IMG/VR virus record: IMGVR_UViG_3300042549_005527
Location: 1 to 60,594 of that record
Reading direction: 5' to 3' (one strand)
Length of the DNA stretch: 60,594 nt
From: a virus
Lineage: Duplodnaviria > Caudoviricetes
Of this stretch, positions 35,085 to 45,730 are shown piece by piece (positions within the stretch are counted from its first letter, which is position 1; every line of letters starts with the position of its first letter). The notes under the pieces were generated by a model. That model was given only the letters and a program-made list of their open reading frames with translations, was not told where the DNA came from and did not search any database. The position numbers and the translations under genes were made by a program.

Positions 35085-36351
35085 TAAAAATATTATGTTA
35101 AACGAAATTCCAAAAACTAATGTGTTCTGCATACTGCCATGGGTGCATTTTCATGCTCTGCCCAACAAAAAGGTATTGCCATGTTGCATGGCTGAATCCA
35201 ATTTGCCAGTTTCAAACACCGACAGCGAAAGTGTTATTGAAATGATGAACTCTACAGAATACAAAGAACTTAGAAAGAACATGTTGAATGGAATACCCAC
35301 TTCCACATGCAACAGATGTTATGATGTTGAGAAAGTAGGACAATGGAGTCTGCGTCAAAGCAACAACATTGTGCGTGGTGAAAAGAATTTGGATTTGGTT
35401 AATGCAACTGAACAAGATGGTACCATCAAAGATTTCAAATTAGAATACATGGACATTAGGTGGAGCAATATCTGCAATATGAAATGTCGCAGTTGCGGCC
35501 CGGAGTTTAGCAGTCTGCATGCCAAGGAGTATGTTGATAAAAAGTTTGGTAAAGAAGGATTAAAAAAACATTTCAACATGGATAGTGTTGTGGTCTCTTG
35601 TAATCAAGACAACAAACTGTTCAACAACATCAAGCCTTATCTTAAAGATGTGGAGGAAGTGTACTTTGCCGGTGGCGAAAGTTTGATCACTCCTGAACAT
35701 TATCAAACACTTGACGAATGGATTGCTCAGGGCAAAACTGATATTGAGTTAAGTTACACAACAAACTTCAGTGTATTCAAATACAAAGACAAAAATGTAA
35801 TAGACTACTGGAACAAATTCAAACGTGTCAAAATATTTGCAAGCCTTGACGGCATGGGCAAAGTTGCAGAATATCTACGAGCCGGCACAGAATGGAAAGA
35901 AGTTGAAAACAACATAAAAATGATCAAGGAACAAGCGCCGCATGTGGAATTCTTTTTGACTCCTACAATCAGCATTTGGAACGCTTATCACTTTCCAGAA
36001 TTCTTTGAATACATGGTCAGTAAAAAATATATTGATCCTGCCAACGGTGATACTCTTAGATTAAACTTGTTGACACACCCTTGGTGGGCCAATGTGGGAA
36101 TACTTCCAGATTTTTACAAAGACCGTTTGTACCTGAAATGGGACAAGATTAGAAAGAATACAAACTATCATCAAACTATTATAAACTCTGCGGCTGTTGT
36201 ACAAGAATCATTTAAAACAGGCACACGCACAGAAGGACTCAAAGAGTTTTTTGATATTCAGTTTGAAACAGACAAAATGAGAAAAGAGAAATTGTTTAAA
36301 TCAATTCCAGAACTAGAAGAGGTACACGAATGGCTATTAGAGAACTTGTAA
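35077..36351 (+). CDS. Radical SAM protein with N-terminal twitch-like Cys domain
   Basis: CNMKCRSC, AGGE; N-terminal CILPW..CC..CNRC. Confidence 0.88.
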   Translation: MIDKNIMLNEIPKTNVFCILPWVHFHALPNKKVLPCCMAESNLPVSNTDSESVIEMMNSTEYKELRKNMLNGIPTSTCNRCYDVEKVGQWSLRQSNNIVRGEKNLDLVNATEQDGTIKDFKLEYMDIRWSNICNMKCRSCGPEFSSLHAKEYVDKKFGKEGLKKHFNMDSVVVSCNQDNKLFNNIKPYLKDVEEVYFAGGESLITPEHYQTLDEWIAQGKTDIELSYTTNFSVFKYKDKNVIDYWNKFKRVKIFASLDGMGKVAEYLRAGTEWKEVENNIKMIKEQAPHVEFFLTPTISIWNAYHFPEFFEYMVSKKYIDPANGDTLRLNLLTHPWWANVGILPDFYKDRLYLKWDKIRKNTNYHQTIINSAAVVQESFKTGTRTEGLKEFFDIQFETDKMRKEKLFKSIPELEEVHEWLLENL

Positions 36352-37316
36352 AAATAGATGCCAACCAACAATATTTAGATGTTGTTTGGCAAGTCAGCAA
36401 CTTCTGTAATTTTAAATGCAGTTATTGCAATCCTGGAAATTATTCCGGAGATAGTAGGAATGATAGCAACCTGTTGGTGTATATTGATAATTTAAAATTG
36501 ATCACAGACAAGTACTTGGCCTTGGGTTATAAGAATTTCAAGTTCTTTTTCAGTGGTGGCGAACCTACTCTGTGGCGCAACCTTGTTCCTATTTGCGAAT
36601 GGATCAGGGAGAACTTGCCCAATACAATTATTGCAGTCAACACCAACTTCAGTAGACCGTTGTCATGGTGGAAAAAACATCATCACCTGTTTGATGATGT
36701 GGTAGCAAGTTTTCACGTGGAGTTTTCTGACAAAGAAACTTATGTCAAGAATGCCAAGTTCATGTGTGACAAGTTGAACTATTTCAGTTGCAAGATGTTG
36801 ATGCATGAAGAAAAGTTTTGGGAAGTTGTGGAGTTTGGAGAAAAACTAAAGAAAGAATTACCCAACTACTTTATTGAATGGACTCCGTTGTATGATGAAA
36901 TGAGTTTGAATGCCAGTCCGTGGGAATATCAGGATCCAGACAAGTCAAAATTTTTGCAAGAACATACAGTTGACAGCAAGACCACAATACCTAAACCATA
37001 TTTGAAAAATCCATTCTACAGTGAAGCCTACTGGGACACTGGAGAGAAGACCGGAGTGTTCAGCAACGAAATGATACTTGAACGCAGGAACCATTTCAAA
37101 GGATGGGAGTGCAACATCGGCGACAGCATATGGATAAATCAAATTGGACAGGTCAGCATGGGCACCTGCGGACAGGTTGAAGTGCTTGGCAACATACTGT
37201 ATAATACTACTACAGTGGGTCCAAAGAAAATCATATGCGGCAAGGATCATTGTGCATGTGGAACTGATATTTTAATTCCAAAAAAGTATATAAAAATAAC
37301 GCAGGTCAAGGAGTAA
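36330..37316 (+). CDS. Radical SAM protein with C-terminal SPASM/twitch-like domain
   Basis: CNFKCSYC, SGGEP; C-terminal W.C.IG..G.V..C..C...C.C. Confidence 0.88.
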   Translation: MAIRELVKIDANQQYLDVVWQVSNFCNFKCSYCNPGNYSGDSRNDSNLLVYIDNLKLITDKYLALGYKNFKFFFSGGEPTLWRNLVPICEWIRENLPNTIIAVNTNFSRPLSWWKKHHHLFDDVVASFHVEFSDKETYVKNAKFMCDKLNYFSCKMLMHEEKFWEVVEFGEKLKKELPNYFIEWTPLYDEMSLNASPWEYQDPDKSKFLQEHTVDSKTTIPKPYLKNPFYSEAYWDTGEKTGVFSNEMILERRNHFKGWECNIGDSIWINQIGQVSMGTCGQVEVLGNILYNTTTVGPKKIICGKDHCACGTDILIPKKYIKITQVKE

Positions 37317-37319
37317 ATT

Positions 37320-39551
37320 TTGGATTTCAATTTAAAAGGGCTAGCAAAAAAAGAAGTGGTTGTTCACGAAGCACCCACTGCTGATATTGCAGATGCTAGA
37401 CATCGTGCAATGATGGATGCCATTGCTCCGTATGCAAAAAAATCTCAACAATCCAATGTAACTCCTGTTTACATAAATTACAAAACTCGCAACACAAAAC
37501 TGGTACTGGTGTTGTTACCAGAGTGGGCTCCTGAAATGCCACCATTCAATCTAGCTAGACTCAGCGGTATTGCCAAGAGTGCTGGATACGAAACCACTAT
37601 CATGGATCTCAATATTCGTGCATACAACGAATATGTAAACAACTGGGAGCCCAACAACAAGTTGCCATTTAGACTGTGGGATCCTAGCGCAACATGGCAT
37701 TGGTTAGGCAACACATACATGCAAGACATACATCCTTTGTTGGAACCGTTGTTGATGAAAGCCTGCGACGAAATACAAGCAACTCGGCCGGAGATTGTAG
37801 GGTTCAGTCAATACTACACCAACGAAGAGCCTACCAAATGGATGGCACAAGAGTTGAAACGTAGAATGCCCAATTTGAAAATTGCAGTAGGTGGTAGCAA
37901 TGTTCAGAAGTCCTGGTTCAACGCACATCCTTACTATGATTACATTGTCAACGGAGAAGGCGAACAGGTGCTGCTGGAGATACTGGACGAGATTGAAGCG
38001 GGTATATCCAACAACAAACAACAGTATATCAAGCAACCAGAAGGTCAACGTATCAATCTCAATGATCTTCCTATGCCAGATTATGAAAGCATTGATTTTA
38101 GCCAGTATTGTATACCCAATGGAGTTAATAGTGAGATCAGTCGAGGATGCACAGCCAAGTGTACGTTCTGCGAAGAAACACACTTCTGGAAGTATAGACA
38201 ACGGCAGGCAGTTGACTTGGTACAGGAAATTGAATGGCTATACTACAACAAAGGAACAGATGTTATTTGGTTCATCGATAGTCTGGTCAATGGAAACTTA
38301 AAAGAACTACGTGCGTTTTGTAAGGCAGTGGTAGCCAAGGGGTTAAAAATACATTGGACAGGATATGCTCGTTGCGACGGACGTATGGACTTGGAATATT
38401 TTAAAGATCTAAAAGAAGGTGGCTGCATTATCCTAAACTATGGTATTGAATCCGGAAGTCAACGGGTACTGGATGACATGGCCAAAGGTGTGACAGTGGC
38501 TGAGATGGAACAGAACTTTAAAGATGGGAAACAAGTAGGCATCTTTGCAGCCACCAATTGGATTGTGGGATTCCCTACAGAAGAATTGCAGGATTTTGCA
38601 GACAGTATGACACTGTTGTGGCGTATAAGAAACATGAATGTAAACAACGTTGGAGCTGGATTGGGATTTGGATTAGGACCAGAAACCATTGTGGGACAAA
38701 ATCCTCACAAGTTCAACGTAGCTTGGCACAAGTATCAAAATCATTGGATCACTCAGGATTTTAGAAAAGGTGGCACACATGTAATGACTCGTGTGAAAAC
38801 ATTTCATATGTTTATTGACTTTATGAAAGGATGCACTGAGCAACACTTTGATTATCCCATCAGGTACTCGCTGGCCAAAGAACATTATAAAATCAAACTG
38901 CACAACATCAACTTGGTCAAGGAAGTTGAATATGAACAATTTGATTACAACATTATCAAACCCAACATCAGTCCTTTTGCGGATGCACTGGTAAATGAAA
39001 TGTGGCCATTCTTTCGCATGTTATGGAAAACCAGAGGCGGCTACGATGCAGTGATCAAGTTTGATCCAGATATCGATCTTAGAGAATTTGGTAGTCAGTT
39101 CGGCCCTGGCATGTACACAGCAACATTCAACTTTTCTATCAATGATCAAGGTCAGTGGTCTGCAGATTTTGATTACGTGTTTGATCAAATTGATAATCCC
39201 TACGATGATAGACCTGTTGAAGATGGCCGTCGTGGTCCTTTCTATGCACAAGATTATAGTCGTATGACCACAAACACTGCAACTCGTGCTCGCAAATTGG
39301 CCAAGCCTACATGGAGTGATGATACAGGTCGCAGTGATTCTGATTTTTGGGAAATGCTGGTAGAAGAAGAACGTCTAAACAAAACCACGGACTTTTCTTT
39401 CAAGTATCATTATGTGGGCACAGGTGACTGGAGTGACATCTCTCAGTATGTGGTTGCTGTTGCCGACAAGTCCGATGTTGTTATACCAGAAAAAGAAACA
39501 ATGTTTTCTATTCCATTGACTAGCATAAAAAGGATCAACGATGGGCAGTAG
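37320..39551 (+). CDS. B12-binding-domain radical SAM protein (class B methyltransferase-like)
   Basis: PPFNLARL, VGFS, VGG, GEGE, SRGCTAKCTFC, GIESGSQRVL..M.K, IVGFP.E. Confidence 0.88.
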   Translation: MDFNLKGLAKKEVVVHEAPTADIADARHRAMMDAIAPYAKKSQQSNVTPVYINYKTRNTKLVLVLLPEWAPEMPPFNLARLSGIAKSAGYETTIMDLNIRAYNEYVNNWEPNNKLPFRLWDPSATWHWLGNTYMQDIHPLLEPLLMKACDEIQATRPEIVGFSQYYTNEEPTKWMAQELKRRMPNLKIAVGGSNVQKSWFNAHPYYDYIVNGEGEQVLLEILDEIEAGISNNKQQYIKQPEGQRINLNDLPMPDYESIDFSQYCIPNGVNSEISRGCTAKCTFCEETHFWKYRQRQAVDLVQEIEWLYYNKGTDVIWFIDSLVNGNLKELRAFCKAVVAKGLKIHWTGYARCDGRMDLEYFKDLKEGGCIILNYGIESGSQRVLDDMAKGVTVAEMEQNFKDGKQVGIFAATNWIVGFPTEELQDFADSMTLLWRIRNMNVNNVGAGLGFGLGPETIVGQNPHKFNVAWHKYQNHWITQDFRKGGTHVMTRVKTFHMFIDFMKGCTEQHFDYPIRYSLAKEHYKIKLHNINLVKEVEYEQFDYNIIKPNISPFADALVNEMWPFFRMLWKTRGGYDAVIKFDPDIDLREFGSQFGPGMYTATFNFSINDQGQWSADFDYVFDQIDNPYDDRPVEDGRRGPFYAQDYSRMTTNTATRARKLAKPTWSDDTGRSDSDFWEMLVEEERLNKTTDFSFKYHYVGTGDWSDISQYVVAVADKSDVVIPEKETMFSIPLTSIKRINDGQ

Positions 39552-40320
39552 ATGTTTTGCATTCGGATGCAGTTATACAAAATGGATATGGCCCACATGG
39601 GCAGATTTTGTTGGTGTTAACTTTGACAATTACTACAACAGCGGTCGTGGCGGTGCCTCTAATTCTTTTATCATGAACAAACTGATAGAAGTCGACCATC
39701 AGTATAAATTTGATCCAAAAACAGATTATGTAATTATCATGCTGACAGGAATTAATAGATTTAGTTTCTATCACAATAATGACTGGAGAACATTTGGAGA
39801 AATGTCAGACTATGTTCGTTCTAGGGATGGTCGTAATGCGTCAGTTAGACCATATTTTCCAAAGCTACAACCATTTGCTACAGATCTATGGAATTTGGAT
39901 TGGGCAATTTATAACACCTGGATTTCTGTTGTTGCAATGAAGAATTTGCTTGTTGCAAAAAACATACCTCATAAGATAGTGATAGGTTTAAAGATAAATG
40001 AGCTTCTTCCAGGAAGTGGTGTTAATGCAAAGTCTGTTGAAAAACTTGCAGAAGTGAATGAAATTGCAGACATTGCTTATGGACTATATCCCCCTCCTCA
40101 ACAAGTGCAGATTGAGTTTCGTGATGGAACCAAAGACGGTCATCCCAGCATAATGGCACATCACAAATACGCTAATATGCATTTTCCGCAATTTGACACA
40201 GACATCAGTGCTGAGTTTTACAAAACAATGACACAAAAAATGGATATGAGTTCGCCCAACGCATGTGCAACCGCATTTGAAAAATCACTACTTGAATACA
40301 AAAATATCAAAAGAATCTAA
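39541..40320 (+). CDS. SGNH-like protein
   Basis: AFGCSYT, N.GRGGASN, DGHPS. Confidence 0.65.
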   Translation: MGSRCFAFGCSYTKWIWPTWADFVGVNFDNYYNSGRGGASNSFIMNKLIEVDHQYKFDPKTDYVIIMLTGINRFSFYHNNDWRTFGEMSDYVRSRDGRNASVRPYFPKLQPFATDLWNLDWAIYNTWISVVAMKNLLVAKNIPHKIVIGLKINELLPGSGVNAKSVEKLAEVNEIADIAYGLYPPPQQVQIEFRDGTKDGHPSIMAHHKYANMHFPQFDTDISAEFYKTMTQKMDMSSPNACATAFEKSLLEYKNIKRI

Positions 40321-40321
40321 C

Positions 40322-41074
40322 ATGAAACAAAATACACTGTTAATTGTAGGATGCAGCAACGCAGCAGGTTCTGAAATTGACGGAACTGGTGACAGCGTTT
40401 ACAACAGACAGCATTCGTTTGGAAATCTGTTGGCCAATCAGTTGAATTGCGTAGCAGTCAATGTTGCATCAAACGGTGCCACTAATCAAACTATCGCTCG
40501 CACCGCAATAGAGTGGATCAACAAACATTATAACGCAGATACCATGAATCTATCAGTGTTGGTAGCATGGACAGAAAGTTCTAGGTTAGAACTTCCAATG
40601 CACAGAGAAACTTGGTATGAACAATGGGACGTTGCAACAGATTACGTATCAGCTGCATCTAGAGATTTCATTCGTGTAAACTTTGGCTACAAAGGCGGCA
40701 ATGCCGAAGAAGAAAAAATTATTTCTAAATGTCAGGAATTCATGTCCAACAACCTTGCGTACCTAGAAATACAAAGTGCCAATTTGGTTTTGCAAATACA
40801 GTATTTTTTAAAGTGCTTGCAAGTTCCATACATAATGTGTAATACTATGCATATGTTCAACGACTACAAACATCTGAAGCCGTATCTAGATCAAATTGAT
40901 AAAACCCGTTACATGGATCTACAAGACAACAACAATTGTTTTTATTGGAAATATCGTAATGCAGGATACAGTAACCCCAAGGCCAAGTATTGGCATCATG
41001 ATGAAATTCCTCACGAGATGTATTCTCATGACCTGTACAACTTCTACGTTAATAAATATAATGTAGGTACTTAA
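40322..41074 (+). CDS. SGNH-like protein
   Basis: VGCSNAAG, NVASNGATN, C-terminal HH...H. Confidence 0.6.
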   Translation: MKQNTLLIVGCSNAAGSEIDGTGDSVYNRQHSFGNLLANQLNCVAVNVASNGATNQTIARTAIEWINKHYNADTMNLSVLVAWTESSRLELPMHRETWYEQWDVATDYVSAASRDFIRVNFGYKGGNAEEEKIISKCQEFMSNNLAYLEIQSANLVLQIQYFLKCLQVPYIMCNTMHMFNDYKHLKPYLDQIDKTRYMDLQDNNNCFYWKYRNAGYSNPKAKYWHHDEIPHEMYSHDLYNFYVNKYNVGT

Positions 41075-41078
41075 TTAA

Positions 41079-41753
41079 ATGAAAAGAAAATTGTTTGTAG
41101 CAGGGTGCAGTATCAGCGATTACACAGATATTGAACACCCATATGGTGAAGTGTTGTCTGAGTTGCTGAACTTTGATTATGTACATGAAGGTGCGGGCGC
41201 TGGCAGCAATTCTCGTATCTGGAGAAAAATTACTGATCATGTGTTGAATGGTAATCTCACACAAAATGATTTGCTTATTGTTCAGTATACAGAAGTAACT
41301 AGAACAGAATTTTGGAGTGCTCTGGCCCCTGCTGGCATCAAAGATACCAGTCCTCCGGGAGAACCTTACTGCGATGGCGGGCGAGTGATCCGGTGGAAGC
41401 CTTATGCAAGTGCTTGGCAACCAAACAAGGAAGAAGTAGAATTCTTTGAACAGTACGAGAAATATTTTGTCAGTGTTGAATTTGCCAAACAAAACTTTCG
41501 GGTCAACAATTATAACTTTCAGCAGATGTTGAAAAATCACAACATCAATGTTGTATTTTTAACAACAACTAGGATTTTAAATCCTGACTACCAATACATT
41601 ACAGATCATTTCTTGCCCAATGAATTCAAAGACAACACATCGTCTGACAAGACAATGAATCTAAGAACTGGCGATACTTGCCATTTTAGTCAACTTGGAC
41701 ACAATATTACTGCCAACAAACTCAAACTACATATAGAAAAACTAGGATTATGA
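41079..41753 (+). CDS. SGNH-like protein
   Basis: AGCSIS, GAGAGSN, D.CHFSQLGH. Confidence 0.6.
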   Translation: MKRKLFVAGCSISDYTDIEHPYGEVLSELLNFDYVHEGAGAGSNSRIWRKITDHVLNGNLTQNDLLIVQYTEVTRTEFWSALAPAGIKDTSPPGEPYCDGGRVIRWKPYASAWQPNKEEVEFFEQYEKYFVSVEFAKQNFRVNNYNFQQMLKNHNINVVFLTTTRILNPDYQYITDHFLPNEFKDNTSSDKTMNLRTGDTCHFSQLGHNITANKLKLHIEKLGL

Positions 41754-43177
41754 AATACAAATTACCATTTTTTTACGACTACGTGTTACCCAACACTGTA
41801 ATGCCCAATGCGCTGGCTCCTGAGATGGGAGTAGTAAATTACATTCACACCATGTATTCCAATAGACTCAAGACTGAAAGTTTTTTTGACGAAGACTTGG
41901 ATCTGGAAAAAAATCCAATGGAACGTATGTTTGGAAAATCATATGGTCATTGGCCCAACAGTGTAAGGATGAATGGATCTCATGTTCGTGCGCCTTGCTT
42001 TCACAGCAGATTAGACATTTATGAAAATTCTGTTTACTTTGGAAAACAAACTCAACATGCAGATGGATTTCAACGATATGTGTATCCTATCAAAGTGACA
42101 CCTCATTTTAACAAATTCACCGGATTTGATCAAGTTGGCAGCAAGTTGAATGGAGAGTACTTCTGGAAACACATTTCTGCAGAAGTGTTGCAAGATCTGC
42201 GTGAAAGAAAAGCAATTGTTTTCTTAGACTGGGTAAATGAAAACTTTATTGAAAACTCAGAATACAAAGAACTGCACCACGGTTTGAAATACAGTGGCAT
42301 TCCAAAAGAACAAATTATTCTTGCTGTCAACAGTTTCAATGCACAGCAGGTTTACGAATCCTGGTTCACCCCAGAGGAAAGACAACTGCAAGTAAGAAGT
42401 TTTCCTTTCTTGTTGTGCAACATGTCTTGGCATTATGCAGCCAATCCTGATCGTAGAATGACTGAACAATCATTTAATGCCAGCAGAGACCAAATAAGAA
42501 AACACTGTTTTGTTTTTCCTAATCGTCGTGCAAGAGATCACAGAGTTGCAATGCTTCACAAACTTGCAGCAGACGATTTGTTGGACAAAGGCGATTGGAG
42601 TTTTCTTGATCAAATGACAGTAGACCACGGAACATCAGTTTCCAGGAATCTAAACATTGTGTTGGATCAAGAACGCACTGACAAGTTGTATCAACAGTTA
42701 CCGCACAGTTTGGAAACAGAGCCAGACAGCAAATATCTAACTGTGAGTGGGTGGGGCGACATGCACAGCAAGCAAAGCGAAAACTCTTACTTGTACATTG
42801 CCTCAGAAACTTATGTACATGGTGAGTATAGATCTTTTACAGAAAAAGTTTTCAAACCACTTGCCAACTTCCAGCCGTTTTTGTTTATAGCATTTCCTGG
42901 AGCATTGGAACAATTGAAGCGATTGGGCTTTAAGACATTTGCTCCGTTCATTGACGAAAGTTATGATCGAGAAACTGATCTGTCTCGTCGCATACATATG
43001 ATTGCAGCTGAAGTTGCTAGAATTTGTGCAATGAGCAAGGAAGAATTACACAATTGGTATTGGAGCATGGAAGATACTCTAATATACAATCACCGTCACC
43101 TATTGGAAATTTACAAAAATGAACCAATGACACTTGGTGTCATTCAGGAATTGCATCAAAAAGTTACTTCTTGGTAA
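41750..43177 (+). CDS. Putative glycosyltransferase (GT10-like C-terminus), paralogue 1
   Basis: R..HR, SET...FTEK.FKP...QPF...LGFKTF..IDESYD. Confidence 0.55.
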   Translation: MKYKLPFFYDYVLPNTVMPNALAPEMGVVNYIHTMYSNRLKTESFFDEDLDLEKNPMERMFGKSYGHWPNSVRMNGSHVRAPCFHSRLDIYENSVYFGKQTQHADGFQRYVYPIKVTPHFNKFTGFDQVGSKLNGEYFWKHISAEVLQDLRERKAIVFLDWVNENFIENSEYKELHHGLKYSGIPKEQIILAVNSFNAQQVYESWFTPEERQLQVRSFPFLLCNMSWHYAANPDRRMTEQSFNASRDQIRKHCFVFPNRRARDHRVAMLHKLAADDLLDKGDWSFLDQMTVDHGTSVSRNLNIVLDQERTDKLYQQLPHSLETEPDSKYLTVSGWGDMHSKQSENSYLYIASETYVHGEYRSFTEKVFKPLANFQPFLFIAFPGALEQLKRLGFKTFAPFIDESYDRETDLSRRIHMIAAEVARICAMSKEELHNWYWSMEDTLIYNHRHLLEIYKNEPMTLGVIQELHQKVTSW

Positions 43178-43183
43178 TATTAT

Positions 43184-43729
43184 ATGAACTACAAAAACAA
43201 AAATTGGAAAGATGTTGATGTTGGGTATTTGAAAACGTTTGAGATTGAGGTGCCTGTCTATACTCCTGCGGTATATAGAGAGTATCGAGGTGAAATTTTC
43301 ACAACGTATCATTCCGAAGCACATCCTGTAAACAAACGATTGCCACCCGGCTGTGCTGTGCATGGAAGATTTTCAAAATCTTATGCAGGCGTGTTAAGAG
43401 GACTGCACTACGATACAAAGACATGGAAGCTGGTGCAAGCGTTGGTTGGTGACATATATCTTGTGGTGCTGGATGTTAGGCCAGGATCGTCCACATACGG
43501 CAAATGGGAATCTTATGTGATCAGTGAGCACACACGAGATCAAGTTCTGGTACCCCCAGGCTTTGCCAACGGACACTATGCGTTAACAGATTGTATTTTT
43601 CATTACAATTTGTTTTACGAAGGTGAGTATGTTGATGAAAATTCTCAAGGAGTAATCAAATGGAACGATCCAAAGTTTGATATTGAATGGCCCACCACAA
43701 CTCCTATTTTACAAAGGCGAGACAGATGA
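43184..43729 (+). CDS. rmlC: dTDP-4-dehydrorhamnose 3,5-epimerase (RmlC family)
   Basis: RG.IF, S..GVLRGLH, KLV....G.I..V.LD.R.GS.TYGKW, VPPGFANG, IKWNDP...IEWP. Confidence 0.9.
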   Translation: MNYKNKNWKDVDVGYLKTFEIEVPVYTPAVYREYRGEIFTTYHSEAHPVNKRLPPGCAVHGRFSKSYAGVLRGLHYDTKTWKLVQALVGDIYLVVLDVRPGSSTYGKWESYVISEHTRDQVLVPPGFANGHYALTDCIFHYNLFYEGEYVDENSQGVIKWNDPKFDIEWPTTTPILQRRDR

Positions 43730-44355
43730 TACACAACTTAAATCAACATGAAATTGTTAGAGATATAGATATTACAAAGGAAGACCTAATCAAGTTCGAA
43801 GAACTGATTGTGTCACATTGGGAATCAGCAAAGATACGTGGGCCAGTGCATCTGTCGCACGGTAACGAAGAACCGCTGATAGAAATTTTTAAAAGAATCA
43901 AAACAACTGATTGGGTATTTTCCACATGGCGCAGTCATTATCATGCGCTGCTAAAAGGCATAGATCCTAACTGGATAGAAAGCGAAATACTTGCAGGTAA
44001 ATCTATTACATTGTGCAACATTGATCAACACTTTTATTCCAGTGCAATTGTGTCGGCTACACTGCCCATTGCATTAGGTGTGGCGCAGGCAATCAAACGA
44101 GATGGTGGTACCGATAAGGTATGGTGTTTCGTTGGTGATATGAGTTTCGAAGGTGGTATATTTTATGAAGTACACAAGTATGCCAGAAACTTTGATCTAC
44201 CTTTGTATTTTATTGTAGAAGACAACGGTATTTCTACCTATACTCCAACAGAAGTAACATGGAACAAAAAGCGAGATATCCCCACAGATGTCATGCACTA
44301 CACATACAAATCAAAGTACCCGCATTATGGCTCAGGAAAATGGATTGCCTTTTAA
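43726..44355 (+). CDS. TPP-dependent dehydrogenase E1-alpha-like subunit (short)
   Basis: GPVHLS.G.E, TWRSH, A.G.A.A, VGD......FYE....N..LP..F.VEDN. Confidence 0.82.
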   Translation: MIHNLNQHEIVRDIDITKEDLIKFEELIVSHWESAKIRGPVHLSHGNEEPLIEIFKRIKTTDWVFSTWRSHYHALLKGIDPNWIESEILAGKSITLCNIDQHFYSSAIVSATLPIALGVAQAIKRDGGTDKVWCFVGDMSFEGGIFYEVHKYARNFDLPLYFIVEDNGISTYTPTEVTWNKKRDIPTDVMHYTYKSKYPHYGSGKWIAF

Positions 44356-45730
44356 ATTAGTTTACTCTCATTGGTATAAAACAAGCGAGGGAGAATTTCC
44401 TGTTGCAAATGGTCTCCATCCGTCTACTGCCGAGTGGATTGTAACTCACATACAAGACAACAATCTGCTGCATGACAACAGACCATTTTTGAGAATAAAC
44501 AAAATTGACAGTTTGTATTTTTACAATGTTCCAGACTCTGGGCATTTCTTTAGGCATTCTGATTTTTACTATCATTTTGAAAAAAAGTTTTCGTTTGACA
44601 GCATAGTAAAAGAATCCGAAGTAAACGATTCTGATGCTGTGTATTTTTATCCAATAGAACTGGATTGTAATGCAACACAGTTCTTAACAGGTCAACATCC
44701 ATTTGTATTGAATGGACAGTCCGTAGACTATGTGTTTAAAAATACCTTTACCAACGGCATGTTGAATCTTATCAAAGCTGGCCGGGTCAAGATACTGTTT
44801 GTCAACATCATTGATCCTTGTACAGATATTGAAGTACTTGATGCAATTGAACACATGTTGGAAGAAATAGGAATTCCTGCACATCATGCAGTGTTCTTGC
44901 AGGGCAACACAAAAACAGACTACAAGGGAAAATTGCAGATAATAGGCAGTAAAATTTCTTTGTATCAAATATCAAATCAAATGGACAAGTATCCTCACAA
45001 TACCGGTCTTGGTTATATCAGTGATTATGTGAGAGAACAAGACATTGATGCAACAACTATTCGTCCTAACAAGTTTCTGTCCTTTAATAGAATCATGCGG
45101 CCGCATAGGGTAGCCCTATGTTATCTAGCAATCAAACATGAACTATTGGACACTGGAACTTTTAGTTTTTTACATATAGTAGAAGACAGTGTTGTTCCCA
45201 AGTTATCAATGTTGGTTGACCGAACTGACCAGTTTGATATTATAGCAGAAAAAATACACAAACTGGTGCCGTTGGAAATAGATACACATCATTTGGACAC
45301 TGCAAGTAAAAAATCATTCTACACTGTTGATATAAACAAAAAAGATCTATACAACAACAGTTATGTTCACATAACCACCGAAACACAATTTGATCAATAT
45401 TCAACACCATTCTTTTCTGAAAAAACTTGGCGCCCAATTTTGAATCTACAACCTTTTATCTACCTGGGAAACTATCAAGCATTAAATACACTTAGAACAC
45501 TGGGATTCAAAACATTTCATCCTTTTATAGACGAAAGTTATGATCAAGAACCTGATCCTAAAAAACGGTTTTCAATGATTGAAACACAAATTAAGAAGTT
45601 TGCACACATGACAACACAACAGGTACATGATTGGTACCATTCCATAACAGACATACTGTTGCATAATCAGCAACTGTTGTACACTTTTAAAAATTATAAT
45701 CCAGTTGATGAGTTGTTACAGCATGAGTAA
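44327..45730 (+). CDS. Putative glycosyltransferase (GT10-like C-terminus), paralogue 2
   Basis: FNR..RPHR, TET...FSEKTWRP..NLQPF...LGFKTF..IDESYD. Confidence 0.55.
   Translation: MAQENGLPFKLVYSHWYKTSEGEFPVANGLHPSTAEWIVTHIQDNNLLHDNRPFLRINKIDSLYFYNVPDSGHFFRHSDFYYHFEKKFSFDSIVKESEVNDSDAVYFYPIELDCNATQFLTGQHPFVLNGQSVDYVFKNTFTNGMLNLIKAGRVKILFVNIIDPCTDIEVLDAIEHMLEEIGIPAHHAVFLQGNTKTDYKGKLQIIGSKISLYQISNQMDKYPHNTGLGYISDYVREQDIDATTIRPNKFLSFNRIMRPHRVALCYLAIKHELLDTGTFSFLHIVEDSVVPKLSMLVDRTDQFDIIAEKIHKLVPLEIDTHHLDTASKKSFYTVDINKKDLYNNSYVHITTETQFDQYSTPFFSEKTWRPILNLQPFIYLGNYQALNTLRTLGFKTFHPFIDESYDQEPDPKKRFSMIETQIKKFAHMTTQQVHDWYHSITDILLHNQQLLYTFKNYNPVDELLQHE

Noticed and set aside
32489-39551. RiPP cluster
   Set aside because: No precursor peptide, RRE domain or transporter is visible, and neighbours are carbohydrate enzymes
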